A DNA stretch of 42,080 bases from an uncultured Candidatus Saccharibacteria bacterium (lineage in GTDB: Bacteria; Patescibacteriota; Saccharimonadia; Saccharimonadales; Saccharimonadaceae), in contig CAZSTN010000001.1 of assembly GCA_964609915.1 (NCBI GenBank), positions 1-42,080 of the forward strand. The letters run 5' to 3'. The notes below the pieces were generated by a model that had not been told where the DNA came from, made no database searches, and saw only the letters and a list, made by a program, of their open reading frames with translations. The translations under genes were made by a program, and so were the position numbers. This document shows, piece by piece, positions 25,816 through 35,252 of this stretch (position 1 is the first letter of the stretch; each line of letters opens with the position of its first letter).

Positions 25816-27363
25816 ATGAATAAGCAAAAAGTTCTTGACTCTGCGAGACCTTACTACAGCGAGGATAATTTGCTTGAGCTTGACTATGCCATCGACGTGG
25901 CTACAAAAGCGCACGACGGTCAAAAACGAAGAAGTGGCGAGCCGTATATCGTACACCCACTTTCGGTAGCAATAATTTTAATTGAATGGGGTATGGACAT
26001 TGACAGCGTCGTTGCTGGAGTTTTACACGACACAGTTGAAGATACCGACCTAACGCTCGAGCAGATCGAATCGCTGTTTGGTAAAGACATCGCTTTTTTG
26101 GTTGATGGTGTCACAAAAGTCTCTCAAGCTCGAGCTGGAATGCAAGACTTGAATGAGTACCTGCCCCAAACCAAAGACAATTTGTCTAAACTCTTAATTG
26201 CTATTAGTCAGGATGTCCGAGTTGTCATAATAAAACTTGCCGACCGATTGCATAACCTGCAGACCCTGCAACACAAATCGGTTCCAAAGCAAAAAAAGAT
26301 AGCTCTTGAAAGTCTTGAAGTCTTCGCACCGATGGCCGACAGACTCGGTATGGGTCGAGTCCGCATGGAGCTTGAAGAAACTGCCTATAGCTATCTTGAG
26401 CCAAAAGAATTTAAGCGCCTTCAGACGATTATGAAAAAGCGCCTCGGCCGTAGCACCCGCAAATTGGGCATTGTTCGAGCTGAAGTCGCCACCGCTCTTG
26501 AAAAAGAGGCGATCCCCTACGAAATAAACGGACGAGTAAAGAGTATTTACAGTTTGCATAAAAAGCTTAAAAAGGTTGATGGCAATATTGACGATATTTA
26601 CGACCTCATGGCCCTGCGCATAATTGTCAGTTCTAAGGAAGAGTGCTACAGAGTGCTTGGCGTTCTGCATACCCTATACCAACCGATGCTGGCACGTATC
26701 AAAGATTACATCGCCGTACCTAAGCCTAACGGTTATCAAAGCCTGCACACTACGGTGCTTACGCCGTCTAAGCAGATAGTCGAGTTTCAGATCAGGACTC
26801 ACGAAATGCATGATTACGCCGAGCGTGGAATGGCAGCCAGTTTTCACTACAATGAGCAGAAAAAATCGAAAGACTATATTGACAAGAAAAATAGCGCCAT
26901 TCTTCCAGTTCATATGCAATGGATAGCCCAGCTTCAAGAAATTGCTAACAAGCTCAGAAATGGCGAGGAGATAACTGGCTCACAGCTGTCTATAGACCTA
27001 TTCGGTGACCGAATTTTCGTCTATTCACCGAAAGGCGACATCTATAACCTGCCAGAAGGTTCGTTGCCATTAGACTTTGCCTACTCTGTACACTCAGATG
27101 TTGGAAAGCGAGCCTATAGCTTCAAGGTGAATGGCAAAATACACCCCTTCGACAAACCACTGCAAAATGGTGATGTTATTGAGGTGACCACACGAATGAC
27201 GGTTACTCCTAAAAAGTCTTGGCTAGACTACGTAAAAACCACCCATGCCAGAAACAAATTACGATCTCAGTTACGAAAACTCGGACTAATCGAGAATATC
27301 AGCAGCGCAACCGCTATAATCATACAAAAATCTCGCAAAAAGAAAGAGTCGTCGACAGAATAA
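25816..27363 (+). CDS. rel: RelA/SpoT homologue, (p)ppGpp synthetase/hydrolase (HD + synthetase + TGS)
   Basis: AHDGQKRRSGEPY..HP, HDTVED, KLADRLHN, GRVKS.YS, RIKDY, NGYQSLHT, EFQIRT, TGS region LDFAYSVH. Start reassigned to ATG 25816, 7 nt after TATAAT. Confidence 0.95.
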   Translation: MNKQKVLDSARPYYSEDNLLELDYAIDVATKAHDGQKRRSGEPYIVHPLSVAIILIEWGMDIDSVVAGVLHDTVEDTDLTLEQIESLFGKDIAFLVDGVTKVSQARAGMQDLNEYLPQTKDNLSKLLIAISQDVRVVIIKLADRLHNLQTLQHKSVPKQKKIALESLEVFAPMADRLGMGRVRMELEETAYSYLEPKEFKRLQTIMKKRLGRSTRKLGIVRAEVATALEKEAIPYEINGRVKSIYSLHKKLKKVDGNIDDIYDLMALRIIVSSKEECYRVLGVLHTLYQPMLARIKDYIAVPKPNGYQSLHTTVLTPSKQIVEFQIRTHEMHDYAERGMAASFHYNEQKKSKDYIDKKNSAILPVHMQWIAQLQEIANKLRNGEEITGSQLSIDLFGDRIFVYSPKGDIYNLPEGSLPLDFAYSVHSDVGKRAYSFKVNGKIHPFDKPLQNGDVIEVTTRMTVTPKKSWLDYVKTTHARNKLRSQLRKLGLIENISSATAIIIQKSRKKKESSTE

Positions 27364-27401
27364 ATTAGGTCAACGACTCATATCTTCTTATTATAGCACT
27401 T

Positions 27402-27926
27402 CTAGAGAGCCCTGTCAATAGACTCCTTAACGACCTCTGTCGCAGCGGCTGCATCGCCCCAGCCATGAAGCTTGCCGTCAACGCCCTTCCAGTCTTTTTT
27501 CCAGTCTTTATAGTGGGAATAAAAATGTTCGATGTTTTTCTTAAACGCCTCACCTAGGTCGGCAAGTTCACGAATATGATCTTTGCTGATGTCGTCAGCC
27601 GGTACGACAATTAGCTTCTCGTCCATTTCGCCGTCATCTTCAAAATACAAAACGCCGATTGGGCGAGACGGAACAACGGTACCGTGCGGAACAGACTCGT
27701 CTATAATTAGCAAAGCATCTAGCGGGTCGCCGTCTTCACAAAGTGTGTCTGGAATGTAACCGTAGTCGGCCGGATAGCCAAGCAGGGTGCCATTAACTCG
27801 GTCTAAAAATAACCTGCCGGTTTCTTTGTCGAACTCATATTTATTGCGTTCATTTTTTTTAATTTCTATAATTACGTTGATTCTATTTTTATCAACATCT
27901 CCATACGAAACATCTTTGTATGACAT
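27402..27926 (-). CDS. ppa: Inorganic pyrophosphatase (family I)
   Basis: IEI....RNKYEFDK, LDR, YGYIP.TL..DGDPLD, DEK, HYKD. Confidence 0.95.
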   Translation of the reverse strand: MSYKDVSYGDVDKNRINVIIEIKKNERNKYEFDKETGRLFLDRVNGTLLGYPADYGYIPDTLCEDGDPLDALLIIDESVPHGTVVPSRPIGVLYFEDDGEMDEKLIVVPADDISKDHIRELADLGEAFKKNIEHFYSHYKDWKKDWKGVDGKLHGWGDAAAATEVVKESIDRAL

Positions 27927-28013
27927 ACTATCTCCTTCTGTTCTCTGTTATTTTATCACTTAATTGGCCCGAAGCATAGAAGTTTGGGCCGCAAGGTGCT
28001 ACAATCATTAATT

Positions 28014-28988
28014 GTGAAATTAGTCTACCCAAAAGAATACGTAAAAGAGGCCTCTGCCTTGGCCAGAACTGCAAAAAAACGTATTTATCTTATATCGCTG
28101 GTGATTGCCGACCATCCCAATACACATGAGCTTATAGATGAGCTCGAGAACGCCGCTCGGCGAGGTGTTGAAGTGGTTATGGCGGCAGACGTTCTAACTT
28201 TCGGGTCGGTCATCAGTGATTTCTTACCAGGCCGATACCGCAGCGAAGACACTCGACAGGTGCAAAAAATGGCCAGAACACTGAAACGTTCTGGTGTGAA
28301 ATTTCAATGGCTAGGCCGACAAAGGTTGACTCTTTATAATGGTCGTACTCACAGTAAGTGGTGCGTGATTGACGACACCGTTTTTAGCTTCGGTGGCGTT
28401 AATATTTATCAGCAGGGCATCGACAATGTCGATTATATGCTTAAGGTTACCGATAAAAAGATTGCCGAACGATTAGTCGAAGAACAAGAACGCATTTTGG
28501 ATGCCGAAAAAAGGCTTATCAACTATCCGAGCGTGGCCTACGAACACGGAGAAGATACTATTTTAATAGATGGCGGTATAGTTGGGCAGTCTATTATACA
28601 CAGACGAACGAAAGAGCTGGCCCAGGAAGCCGAGTCTATCGTTTTCGTTTCTCAATACTGCCCTACCGGAAAACTCAGTCGGATTTTGAGGTCAAAAAAT
28701 GCCAAAGTCTACTACAACCGCATTGATCTCGCCAAAGGCTTAAACACTTTTGCAGTCAGAGGTAGCATATTGCTCGGTCGCTTAAAAAACCTATATACCC
28801 GAAATACCTACTTGCACGCCAAATTTATGATTTTCACCATGAAAGACGGCTCAAAAAGGACTATTACTGGCTCACACAATTTTGCTTATACTGGTGTTAT
28901 CTTGGGGACACGAGAAATAGCCCTGGAAACATCGAATCCAGCTATAATTCAGCAACTAGAAGACTTCATCGAAAAACAAGTTGTCTGA
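28014..28988 (+). CDS. Phospholipase D superfamily protein (cardiolipin-synthase-like, two PLD motifs)
   Basis: HSKWCVIDD.....GGVN and HAKFMIF......GSHNF; GTG start 8 nt after TG-C-TACAAT. Confidence 0.85.
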   Translation: MKLVYPKEYVKEASALARTAKKRIYLISLVIADHPNTHELIDELENAARRGVEVVMAADVLTFGSVISDFLPGRYRSEDTRQVQKMARTLKRSGVKFQWLGRQRLTLYNGRTHSKWCVIDDTVFSFGGVNIYQQGIDNVDYMLKVTDKKIAERLVEEQERILDAEKRLINYPSVAYEHGEDTILIDGGIVGQSIIHRRTKELAQEAESIVFVSQYCPTGKLSRILRSKNAKVYYNRIDLAKGLNTFAVRGSILLGRLKNLYTRNTYLHAKFMIFTMKDGSKRTITGSHNFAYTGVILGTREIALETSNPAIIQQLEDFIEKQVV

Positions 28989-29008
28989 TAACGTGGAGTT
29001 GAGTCCGA

Positions 29009-29950
29009 CTAGCTTACTTTGCGTTTGTATTCTTCTAAATACTCACGGATAGCCAAGGCCGCACTAGCACCCTCACCAACGGCGCTAGCTATCTGCATGG
29101 TCGCACCGCTCCTGACGTCTCCACTGGCGAAAACCCCAGGCACTGAAGTGCTAAAGTCCTTGTCGGTTTTTATAAGACCTTGCTCATCAAATTCTATGCC
29201 ACTACTTTTGAGAAAGTCAGTGTTTGGCAGAAGGCCGATAAAAACAAAAACTCCGTCGGTGTCTATCGTAACTGGCTCACCAGATGACTTGGCGATAACT
29301 GCCGTAGCCCTTCCATTTTCGTGGATGATCTCTGCTGGTACGGTATCTAGATGAACAGAAATCTTGCCCGAATCGATATACTCCTGAAGGTCACGCTGTA
29401 AAACTTCACTAGCTTTTATTGTACTGCGTACCAAAAGGTCGATGTGCGAGGCGTACTTCGTCAAGAAAATTGCTTCTTGAATTGCAGAGTTTCCACCACC
29501 GATAACCACCAACTTTTTGTCACGATAAAACGCTCCGTCACAGGTGGCACAATAGTGAACGCCTCGACCATAAAGTTCAGCCTCACCAGGTATGCCTAGC
29601 TTCTTGTAGTCGCTACCGGTTGCCACTAGAACAGTTTTAGATTTTACTTCTTGACCGTCTATGGTTGTAATTATTACATCACCCTCTTTTCGAAGAGCGG
29701 TGGCATCGCCAAAATCGATCTCTGCGCCAAACCTTTCGGCTTGCTTCTCTAGTTGCCCAGCTAAAGTAAGCCCCTCGATTCCATCTGGAAAACCTGGGTA
29801 GTTGTCGACTTTATCGGTAATTGCAGCCAGGCCACCAATTGTGGCTTTCTCGTATAGAACGGTGTCTATGTCTTCTCTGGTGGTATAAATAGCAGCCGCT
29901 AATGAGCTTGGACCAGCTCCTATCATTACGACATCTCGAACCTCTGACAT
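29009..29950 (-). CDS. trxB: Thioredoxin reductase
   Basis: GAGP, NYPGF, ATG, GVHYCATCDG, GGGNSA, TSVPGVFASGDV. Confidence 0.95.
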   Translation of the reverse strand: MSEVRDVVMIGAGPSSLAAAIYTTREDIDTVLYEKATIGGLAAITDKVDNYPGFPDGIEGLTLAGQLEKQAERFGAEIDFGDATALRKEGDVIITTIDGQEVKSKTVLVATGSDYKKLGIPGEAELYGRGVHYCATCDGAFYRDKKLVVIGGGNSAIQEAIFLTKYASHIDLLVRSTIKASEVLQRDLQEYIDSGKISVHLDTVPAEIIHENGRATAVIAKSSGEPVTIDTDGVFVFIGLLPNTDFLKSSGIEFDEQGLIKTDKDFSTSVPGVFASGDVRSGATMQIASAVGEGASAALAIREYLEEYKRKVS

Positions 29951-29954
29951 GCTA

Positions 29955-30605
29955 TTACCCCAATCTGTTGTTTAAGTCTAATAATTCTTGAGACGGCTCA
30001 ACCGCCTCGGGTGTAGGAATGATAAATACGATAAACTTCAGAGGTGTATTTGGTGGTATTGAATTACCACTGCCTGTTTCGCCGTAAGCTTTGTCTGATG
30101 GTATTGTTAATTCTCTCATGCCACCAACTTTCATGCCGACAACACCTTCGTGCCAACCTTCGATTACGCTACCCGAGTAAACATCTAGTGGAGCCTTCAA
30201 GCTGTCACCGTCAATAGACTGGTCAAAAATAACGCCGTCCGGACCCCAGCCGACATAATAAGCTGTAAACGACGAGTCCTCATTAAGCACTTCACCATCG
30301 CCGACGATTAAGTCTACATGGCTAAGCTCGGCCACGCTAGCACCGTCAAACTCCGAGACCCTCTCTTCGCTGAATTTCTTCAAGTCTGGGTAGTACTTCT
30401 CTGATAGCTCTTTGCTCTGAACATCGACTTCAGCCTGATACTCTTGATAAAGCTGGTTAAAACGTGCTTGGTCTTTTTGCTGGTTCTCGTTAGCAAAGAC
30501 AAGCGCCACAAAAGAACCCACCGTGCCTACTATCATCAATAGAGCGACACTCCATAAAAAAATTCTCTGCCCAACTGTCGTGGACGACTCACTGTAATTA
30601 ACCAT
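29955..30605 (-). CDS. Membrane-anchored FKBP-type peptidyl-prolyl isomerase
   Basis: N-terminal TM helix; FDQS and VIEGW.EG..GMKVGG.REL.IPS..AYG......IPPN.PL.F. Confidence 0.92.
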   Translation of the reverse strand: MVNYSESSTTVGQRIFLWSVALLMIVGTVGSFVALVFANENQQKDQARFNQLYQEYQAEVDVQSKELSEKYYPDLKKFSEERVSEFDGASVAELSHVDLIVGDGEVLNEDSSFTAYYVGWGPDGVIFDQSIDGDSLKAPLDVYSGSVIEGWHEGVVGMKVGGMRELTIPSDKAYGETGSGNSIPPNTPLKFIVFIIPTPEAVEPSQELLDLNNRLG

Positions 30606-33082
30606 TAAATAACTCTCCCCTTCGTTTTTTTCAATACATCCGATATTAGCTTATCGCACACCTCAGAAACCTCCGCACCGGTCATAGTTTTCTCATGTGA
30701 GACAAGTTCAATTTTTATAGTTACGTTTTTCACCGAAAGAGACTCTGGACTATAGATGTCTACTGGTGAAATATTCCAGGAATAATCAGTCTGAGCAAGA
30801 GACTCCTTAGCTGAGTCGATTATCTCTTGATAGTTAACGCTTTCGTCCACCTGAAAACAAATATCTCGGTCGACGCTCGGGTATCTACTCAAAGGAGAAT
30901 AGATGCTCTTACTAGACGAATTAGCCACTTCTGAAAGATCCTCTAAGTAAACCTCAAAACCAGACACTAGATTAGGCAACTTCCAGGCATTGCGGACAGA
31001 CTTCTTGAATTCACCAACAACACCTATAAACACACCCGACGTTGCGTCTAGTACGGCAGTGCTTCTTTTTGGCTCAAACGGCCGAAAGACACTTTGGTCG
31101 CTATATTGGTCAGGACTTACATACCTGAAGCCGACCCCAATCTTGTTAGCTAAATAGTCTAAATACCTTTTAGTTAGGTAGTAGGGTGCATCGGTCTTTT
31201 TCGAAGATGTAGCGACGAAACCAAGCCTTTGTTGCTCAACAGGTACAGATTCTTCATTCAAACCAGCGTCCTTACTATGCACTTTGTTGATCTCGAACAA
31301 TCCGAAAGAGTCAAAGCCAGCTTTTATATTAGGGTGAACAAGACCCAACAAGCTTGGCACTAGGCTTTGCCTGTAGCGTTGCAATTCAGGACTTATACTA
31401 TTAACTATTTCATAAGAGTTTTCTGGGTCTAGTCCAGATTTACTCAAAGAGTCTTCATGCACGAAGCTATAAGTTAAGACTTCATTAGCGCCCCCGGAAA
31501 CCAAGGCTCGCCTAACCTCTTGCTTGAAATTCTCAAAATGTTCGGGCATTACCGCCACCGAACTTCTTTTTGGAAGGGTGAAATTAATATTATCAAAACC
31601 AAGCAGGCGACCGACCTCTTCAACTACGTCTTCGGGTATGGAAATGTCTTTACGCCAATAAGGCACCGTAACGCTAGCGATTTGGTCTTCGAACTCAACA
31701 GTAAAACCAACGTTTTCGAGAACTTCTGAAATGTCGGCCGAACTTAAGTTAACGCCTAAAATACCGTTGACTTGATCTAACGAAACCTCGACATTATTAG
31801 TAGTCGCTGTCTTAACGCCACTTTCAGCAAACTCGCCGACCACCTTAGTGCCAGCCCTTTTGCCTAGTAGATTAACGGCCTCAGCAATAACATAAGCCCC
31901 AAGTCCAGCCGGAACACCCTTCGTGAAACGTGTTACGGCCTCGCTAAATATACCGTGCCTCATTTGAGTAGAACGCAAACTATACAAGTTGAAAGTTGCT
32001 ACCTCTAGCAGAACTCGACGAGTGCTGTCGTCTATAGCCGTACCAGCTCCGCCCATAGCACCAGCTAGTCCAACCGGTGTGTCGCCAGCAACAATGACAA
32101 TGTCTTGATCGCTAAGATCAACCTCTCGGTCATCTATTAGATTGAGTTTTTCGCCATCACGGGCGTACCGAACCTTGATCTCTGGCTTACCACCGCTAAC
32201 ACTTAAAAATTTGTCATAGTCGTAGGCGTGAAGAGGCTGGCCAGTTAATAGCATTAAATAATTAGTGACATCAACAAATGTCGATATTGGACGCACGCCA
32301 CTTCTAGACAGATAAGTTTGAACTTGCACGCTAGACTTCGGTTGGTCAGCACCAGACTCTAACACCACGGCTCTGGTATATTCTGAAGCTGACTTATCTT
32401 CGATAATAACCTTAAGCTCGCCACCGTTAACGTTATACCCTGGAGCAACGGTTAGCCAGTCTGGAGTCTCAAATTCTTTGCCTTGAATACCAGCAACTTC
32501 TCTGGCGAAACCGATTATACCAAAAGCGTCTGGGCGATGCGTCAGAGATTTATTTTCAATGTCAATTATATAATCATCAAGTTCGTAGACGTCCCTGAAG
32601 CTGTCGCCGGCAGACACATCTTTGTCTATAATCAAAATACCCTCGTGTTCATCATAGAGGTCTAATTCTCTGGCGCTAGCTAACATCCCATTGCTCACCA
32701 CGCCCCGAAGTGGCTTCGTGGCCAAAACGAAAGGTTCGGCCGAACCGCAGGTCTCTGGTACGATAGTCTCTGGCGGTAACCAGGCGACATAAGTATCAGC
32801 AGTAACATTTGGCGCACCACAAACCACAGTAATGAGCCCGTCGTCGTTACGGTCAACGCTCGAATTAACACCACCGTCGTCAATTAAAACAACACTTAGG
32901 TGGTCTGAACCTTCTAATTTCTTAACATCAGCGACCCTAGCAACAATAACATCTTTGTATTTATCACCGATGTAATCGACTTTCTCAACCTCAACCAAAC
33001 GTGAACCTATTAAGGTCACCAGGTCTTCAACCGGCATGTCAATTTCTACAAACTTTTTCAACCAATTAAGTGATATTATCAT
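30605..33082 (-). CDS. pheT: Phenylalanyl-tRNA synthetase beta subunit
   Basis: ISLNWLK, VVCGAPN, RGVVSNGML.S, VDVTNY..L.TGQPLHAYD, DISIPEDVVEEVGR, SRYPSVDRD. Confidence 0.97.
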   Translation of the reverse strand: MIISLNWLKKFVEIDMPVEDLVTLIGSRLVEVEKVDYIGDKYKDVIVARVADVKKLEGSDHLSVVLIDDGGVNSSVDRNDDGLITVVCGAPNVTADTYVAWLPPETIVPETCGSAEPFVLATKPLRGVVSNGMLASARELDLYDEHEGILIIDKDVSAGDSFRDVYELDDYIIDIENKSLTHRPDAFGIIGFAREVAGIQGKEFETPDWLTVAPGYNVNGGELKVIIEDKSASEYTRAVVLESGADQPKSSVQVQTYLSRSGVRPISTFVDVTNYLMLLTGQPLHAYDYDKFLSVSGGKPEIKVRYARDGEKLNLIDDREVDLSDQDIVIVAGDTPVGLAGAMGGAGTAIDDSTRRVLLEVATFNLYSLRSTQMRHGIFSEAVTRFTKGVPAGLGAYVIAEAVNLLGKRAGTKVVGEFAESGVKTATTNNVEVSLDQVNGILGVNLSSADISEVLENVGFTVEFEDQIASVTVPYWRKDISIPEDVVEEVGRLLGFDNINFTLPKRSSVAVMPEHFENFKQEVRRALVSGGANEVLTYSFVHEDSLSKSGLDPENSYEIVNSISPELQRYRQSLVPSLLGLVHPNIKAGFDSFGLFEINKVHSKDAGLNEESVPVEQQRLGFVATSSKKTDAPYYLTKRYLDYLANKIGVGFRYVSPDQYSDQSVFRPFEPKRSTAVLDATSGVFIGVVGEFKKSVRNAWKLPNLVSGFEVYLEDLSEVANSSSKSIYSPLSRYPSVDRDICFQVDESVNYQEIIDSAKESLAQTDYSWNISPVDIYSPESLSVKNVTIKIELVSHEKTMTGAEVSEVCDKLISDVLKKTKGRVI

Positions 33083-34092
33083 CGTACAAACTTCCTCAAA
33101 AATGCTAATTTACCAGATTCAAAATGCCTCAAGTCCTCGATTCCGTATTTGAGCATCACTAACCTCTCGACGCCACCACCCCAAGCAAAACCTCTATATT
33201 TGGACGGGTCAATGCCAGCTGATTGCAAAACATTCGGGTGGATCATGCCACAACCTAGCATTTCTAGCCAGTCACCAGACTTACCACCGATAGAAGCTGG
33301 CTTTTCTATAGCAAACTCTAACCCCGGCTCAACAAACGGGAAATAGGCCGGCTGAGTTTTTATACGAAGATGCTGACCATAATAAGATTCAAAGAAGCTA
33401 CGCAAAGTGCCTAGCATGTCGCCAAGAGTAGCGTCACTGCTAACATACACGCCCTCTACCTGATAAAAAGTATGCTCATGAGTTGCGTCAACGTCTTCAT
33501 TTCTAAAAACACGACCGTAGCTTATAGCGGCGATAGCTTCGCCTTTTTCTAACTCAGCTAGGCCATCTTTAAGAATGCGGTTTTGCATTGTTGAAGTGTG
33601 AGCAGGCGGAATGAACCCCTCTTCGGTTCGAAAAGTGTCATAGCCGTCTCTGGCTGGATGATTTTCTGGGAAGTTTAGGGAGCTAAACATGTGATAATCG
33701 TCGTCTATTTGCCTAGATTCAAAAGCCCTGAAGCCCATTCTAGTAAAGATGTCTATAATGACCTCTAGTTCTTTACTCAATGGGTGTTGACTACCCTGCT
33801 CGACCGGCAAAAGCTCTGGTGAGCTTTCATTTTCAAGCCAAGGAGCAGTTATGTCGATAGGCTCAACTTCGGCGCTATCTATTTGCACCTGACGAGCTTC
33901 AACTTCTTTTTCTAGTTTTGCTTTTAGATTATTGAGCTTTTGCCCTAAAGCGGCACGCTCAGAGGCTGGCAATTTGCCAATCTCGCCGTACATCTTTTTA
34001 AGCTCAGGAGACCTCAAAAAGTCACGAGGCGAACTGCTCGTCTTAATACCATCAGCTAGGCGCTGATAAACTCCCTCAATGTCGTATACCAT
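33079..34092 (-). CDS. pheS: Phenylalanyl-tRNA synthetase alpha subunit
   Basis: HP, LNFPENHPARD..DTF, HTS, GRVFRNE..DATH, YFPFVEP, GCGM.HP, G.ERL.ML.YGI.DLR. Confidence 0.97.
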   Translation of the reverse strand: MVYDIEGVYQRLADGIKTSSSPRDFLRSPELKKMYGEIGKLPASERAALGQKLNNLKAKLEKEVEARQVQIDSAEVEPIDITAPWLENESSPELLPVEQGSQHPLSKELEVIIDIFTRMGFRAFESRQIDDDYHMFSSLNFPENHPARDGYDTFRTEEGFIPPAHTSTMQNRILKDGLAELEKGEAIAAISYGRVFRNEDVDATHEHTFYQVEGVYVSSDATLGDMLGTLRSFFESYYGQHLRIKTQPAYFPFVEPGLEFAIEKPASIGGKSGDWLEMLGCGMIHPNVLQSAGIDPSKYRGFAWGGGVERLVMLKYGIEDLRHFESGKLAFLRKFVR

Positions 34093-34106
34093 ATTATCTT
34101 ATTATA

Positions 34107-34346
34107 CTATCGAGAAGCTGAAACTACCAGCAAAAAAATAATTGCCGCTAGGCCTAGCAAGATCACCAATAGCCAAACCAATGCCAACCTAGAGGTTTGC
34201 TTGGTGCCTTCTATATATTTAGAATCGTCAACACCGTCTGGGCGCTCGGTCTCGGCAGCCTTCTGCTTAGCCTTTTCCTGTAGGTCTTTAGCTATCTGGT
34301 TTTGAAGAGGCGTTCTAGCATCTTGCTGTTTTAAATGTAAACTCAT
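34107..34346 (-). CDS. Small hypothetical protein with C-terminal membrane anchor
   Basis: Charged N-terminus and one hydrophobic helix at the C-terminus; TG-G-TATTAT 7 nt upstream of the ATG. Confidence 0.7.
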   Translation of the reverse strand: MSLHLKQQDARTPLQNQIAKDLQEKAKQKAAETERPDGVDDSKYIEGTKQTSRLALVWLLVILLGLAAIIFLLVVSASR

Positions 34347-34408
34347 ATTATATATAATACCATTAGTTTTGTGTTATACTTATGGATATTTACTAAAGGA
34401 GGGAAAGT

Positions 34409-35191
34409 ATGGCAACTAAAGCCACGTCCAAAAAAACTACCAAGGTCGCCTCACAGGCAGCCTACACAAATGTGAAGGAGCATGTGTCTTCATCTTTGGC
34501 TTCAAAGAAACTATGGCGCTCACTGGGTGCTGAGTTTATCGGTATATTCTTACTAACAAGCGTAATAATCGCCAGCCAAGGACAACCGATATTCGTACTA
34601 TTCGGTCTTGCAGGTATTGTTCTGCTTATCGGTGCGGTATCTGGTGCTCACGTCAACCCAGCTATCACAGTAGCGGCTTGGGCAACAAAAAGGATCGGCT
34701 GGCTAAGGGCTCTAGGTTACATCTTGGTGCAAGTACTTGGTGCTATCGCAGCCTTCTTCGTGCTTAAAACCTTCCTAGGTGGTGCAGATGTTCCATCAGC
34801 AGAAGCAGCCGCTTACGGTGCAACCGCAGCTGACTTGTTCAAGGCAACACCAGTAGCAGACTTTGCAGGTAAAGAATGGTATGCTCTGTCAGCTGAAGTT
34901 CTAGGTACCGCTATTCTTGGTTACGCAATCGCACATGCTACAAGGACAAAAGACATCCTAACCGCTGCATTTTCAGTCGGTTTCGGTATCTTCATAGCCC
35001 TAGTAGTAGGTATTACTGTAGCTGGCTACGTTGGTGCAAGCAGTATCTTGAACCCAGCAGTAGCTGCATCACTACAAGTATTCGATGCTTCTATCTGGAG
35101 TTACTCTATATACGCACTCGCACCAGTAGTTGGTGCTATCGTCGGTTTTGGTTTGTACGACGCCATCCGAGGAAACGACAAAGCATCTTAA
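34409..35191 (+). CDS. MIP/aquaporin family channel
   Basis: AEFIG, SGAHVNPA, AEVLGT, LNPAVA; about six TM helices; strong AAGGAGG SD. Confidence 0.92.
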   Translation: MATKATSKKTTKVASQAAYTNVKEHVSSSLASKKLWRSLGAEFIGIFLLTSVIIASQGQPIFVLFGLAGIVLLIGAVSGAHVNPAITVAAWATKRIGWLRALGYILVQVLGAIAAFFVLKTFLGGADVPSAEAAAYGATAADLFKATPVADFAGKEWYALSAEVLGTAILGYAIAHATRTKDILTAAFSVGFGIFIALVVGITVAGYVGASSILNPAVAASLQVFDASIWSYSIYALAPVVGAIVGFGLYDAIRGNDKAS

Positions 35192-35205
35192 TAATAAGTT
35201 AGGAT

Positions 35206-35240
35206 AAAAAAGCCCCGCCTCGTGAGCGGGGTTTTTATTT
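35206..35240. terminator. Bidirectional intrinsic terminator between aquaporin and rmuC
   Basis: AAAAAGCCCCGC-loop-GCGGGGTTTTT between convergent stop codons. Confidence 0.85.
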
Positions 35241-35252
35241 TGCGGAAATATT

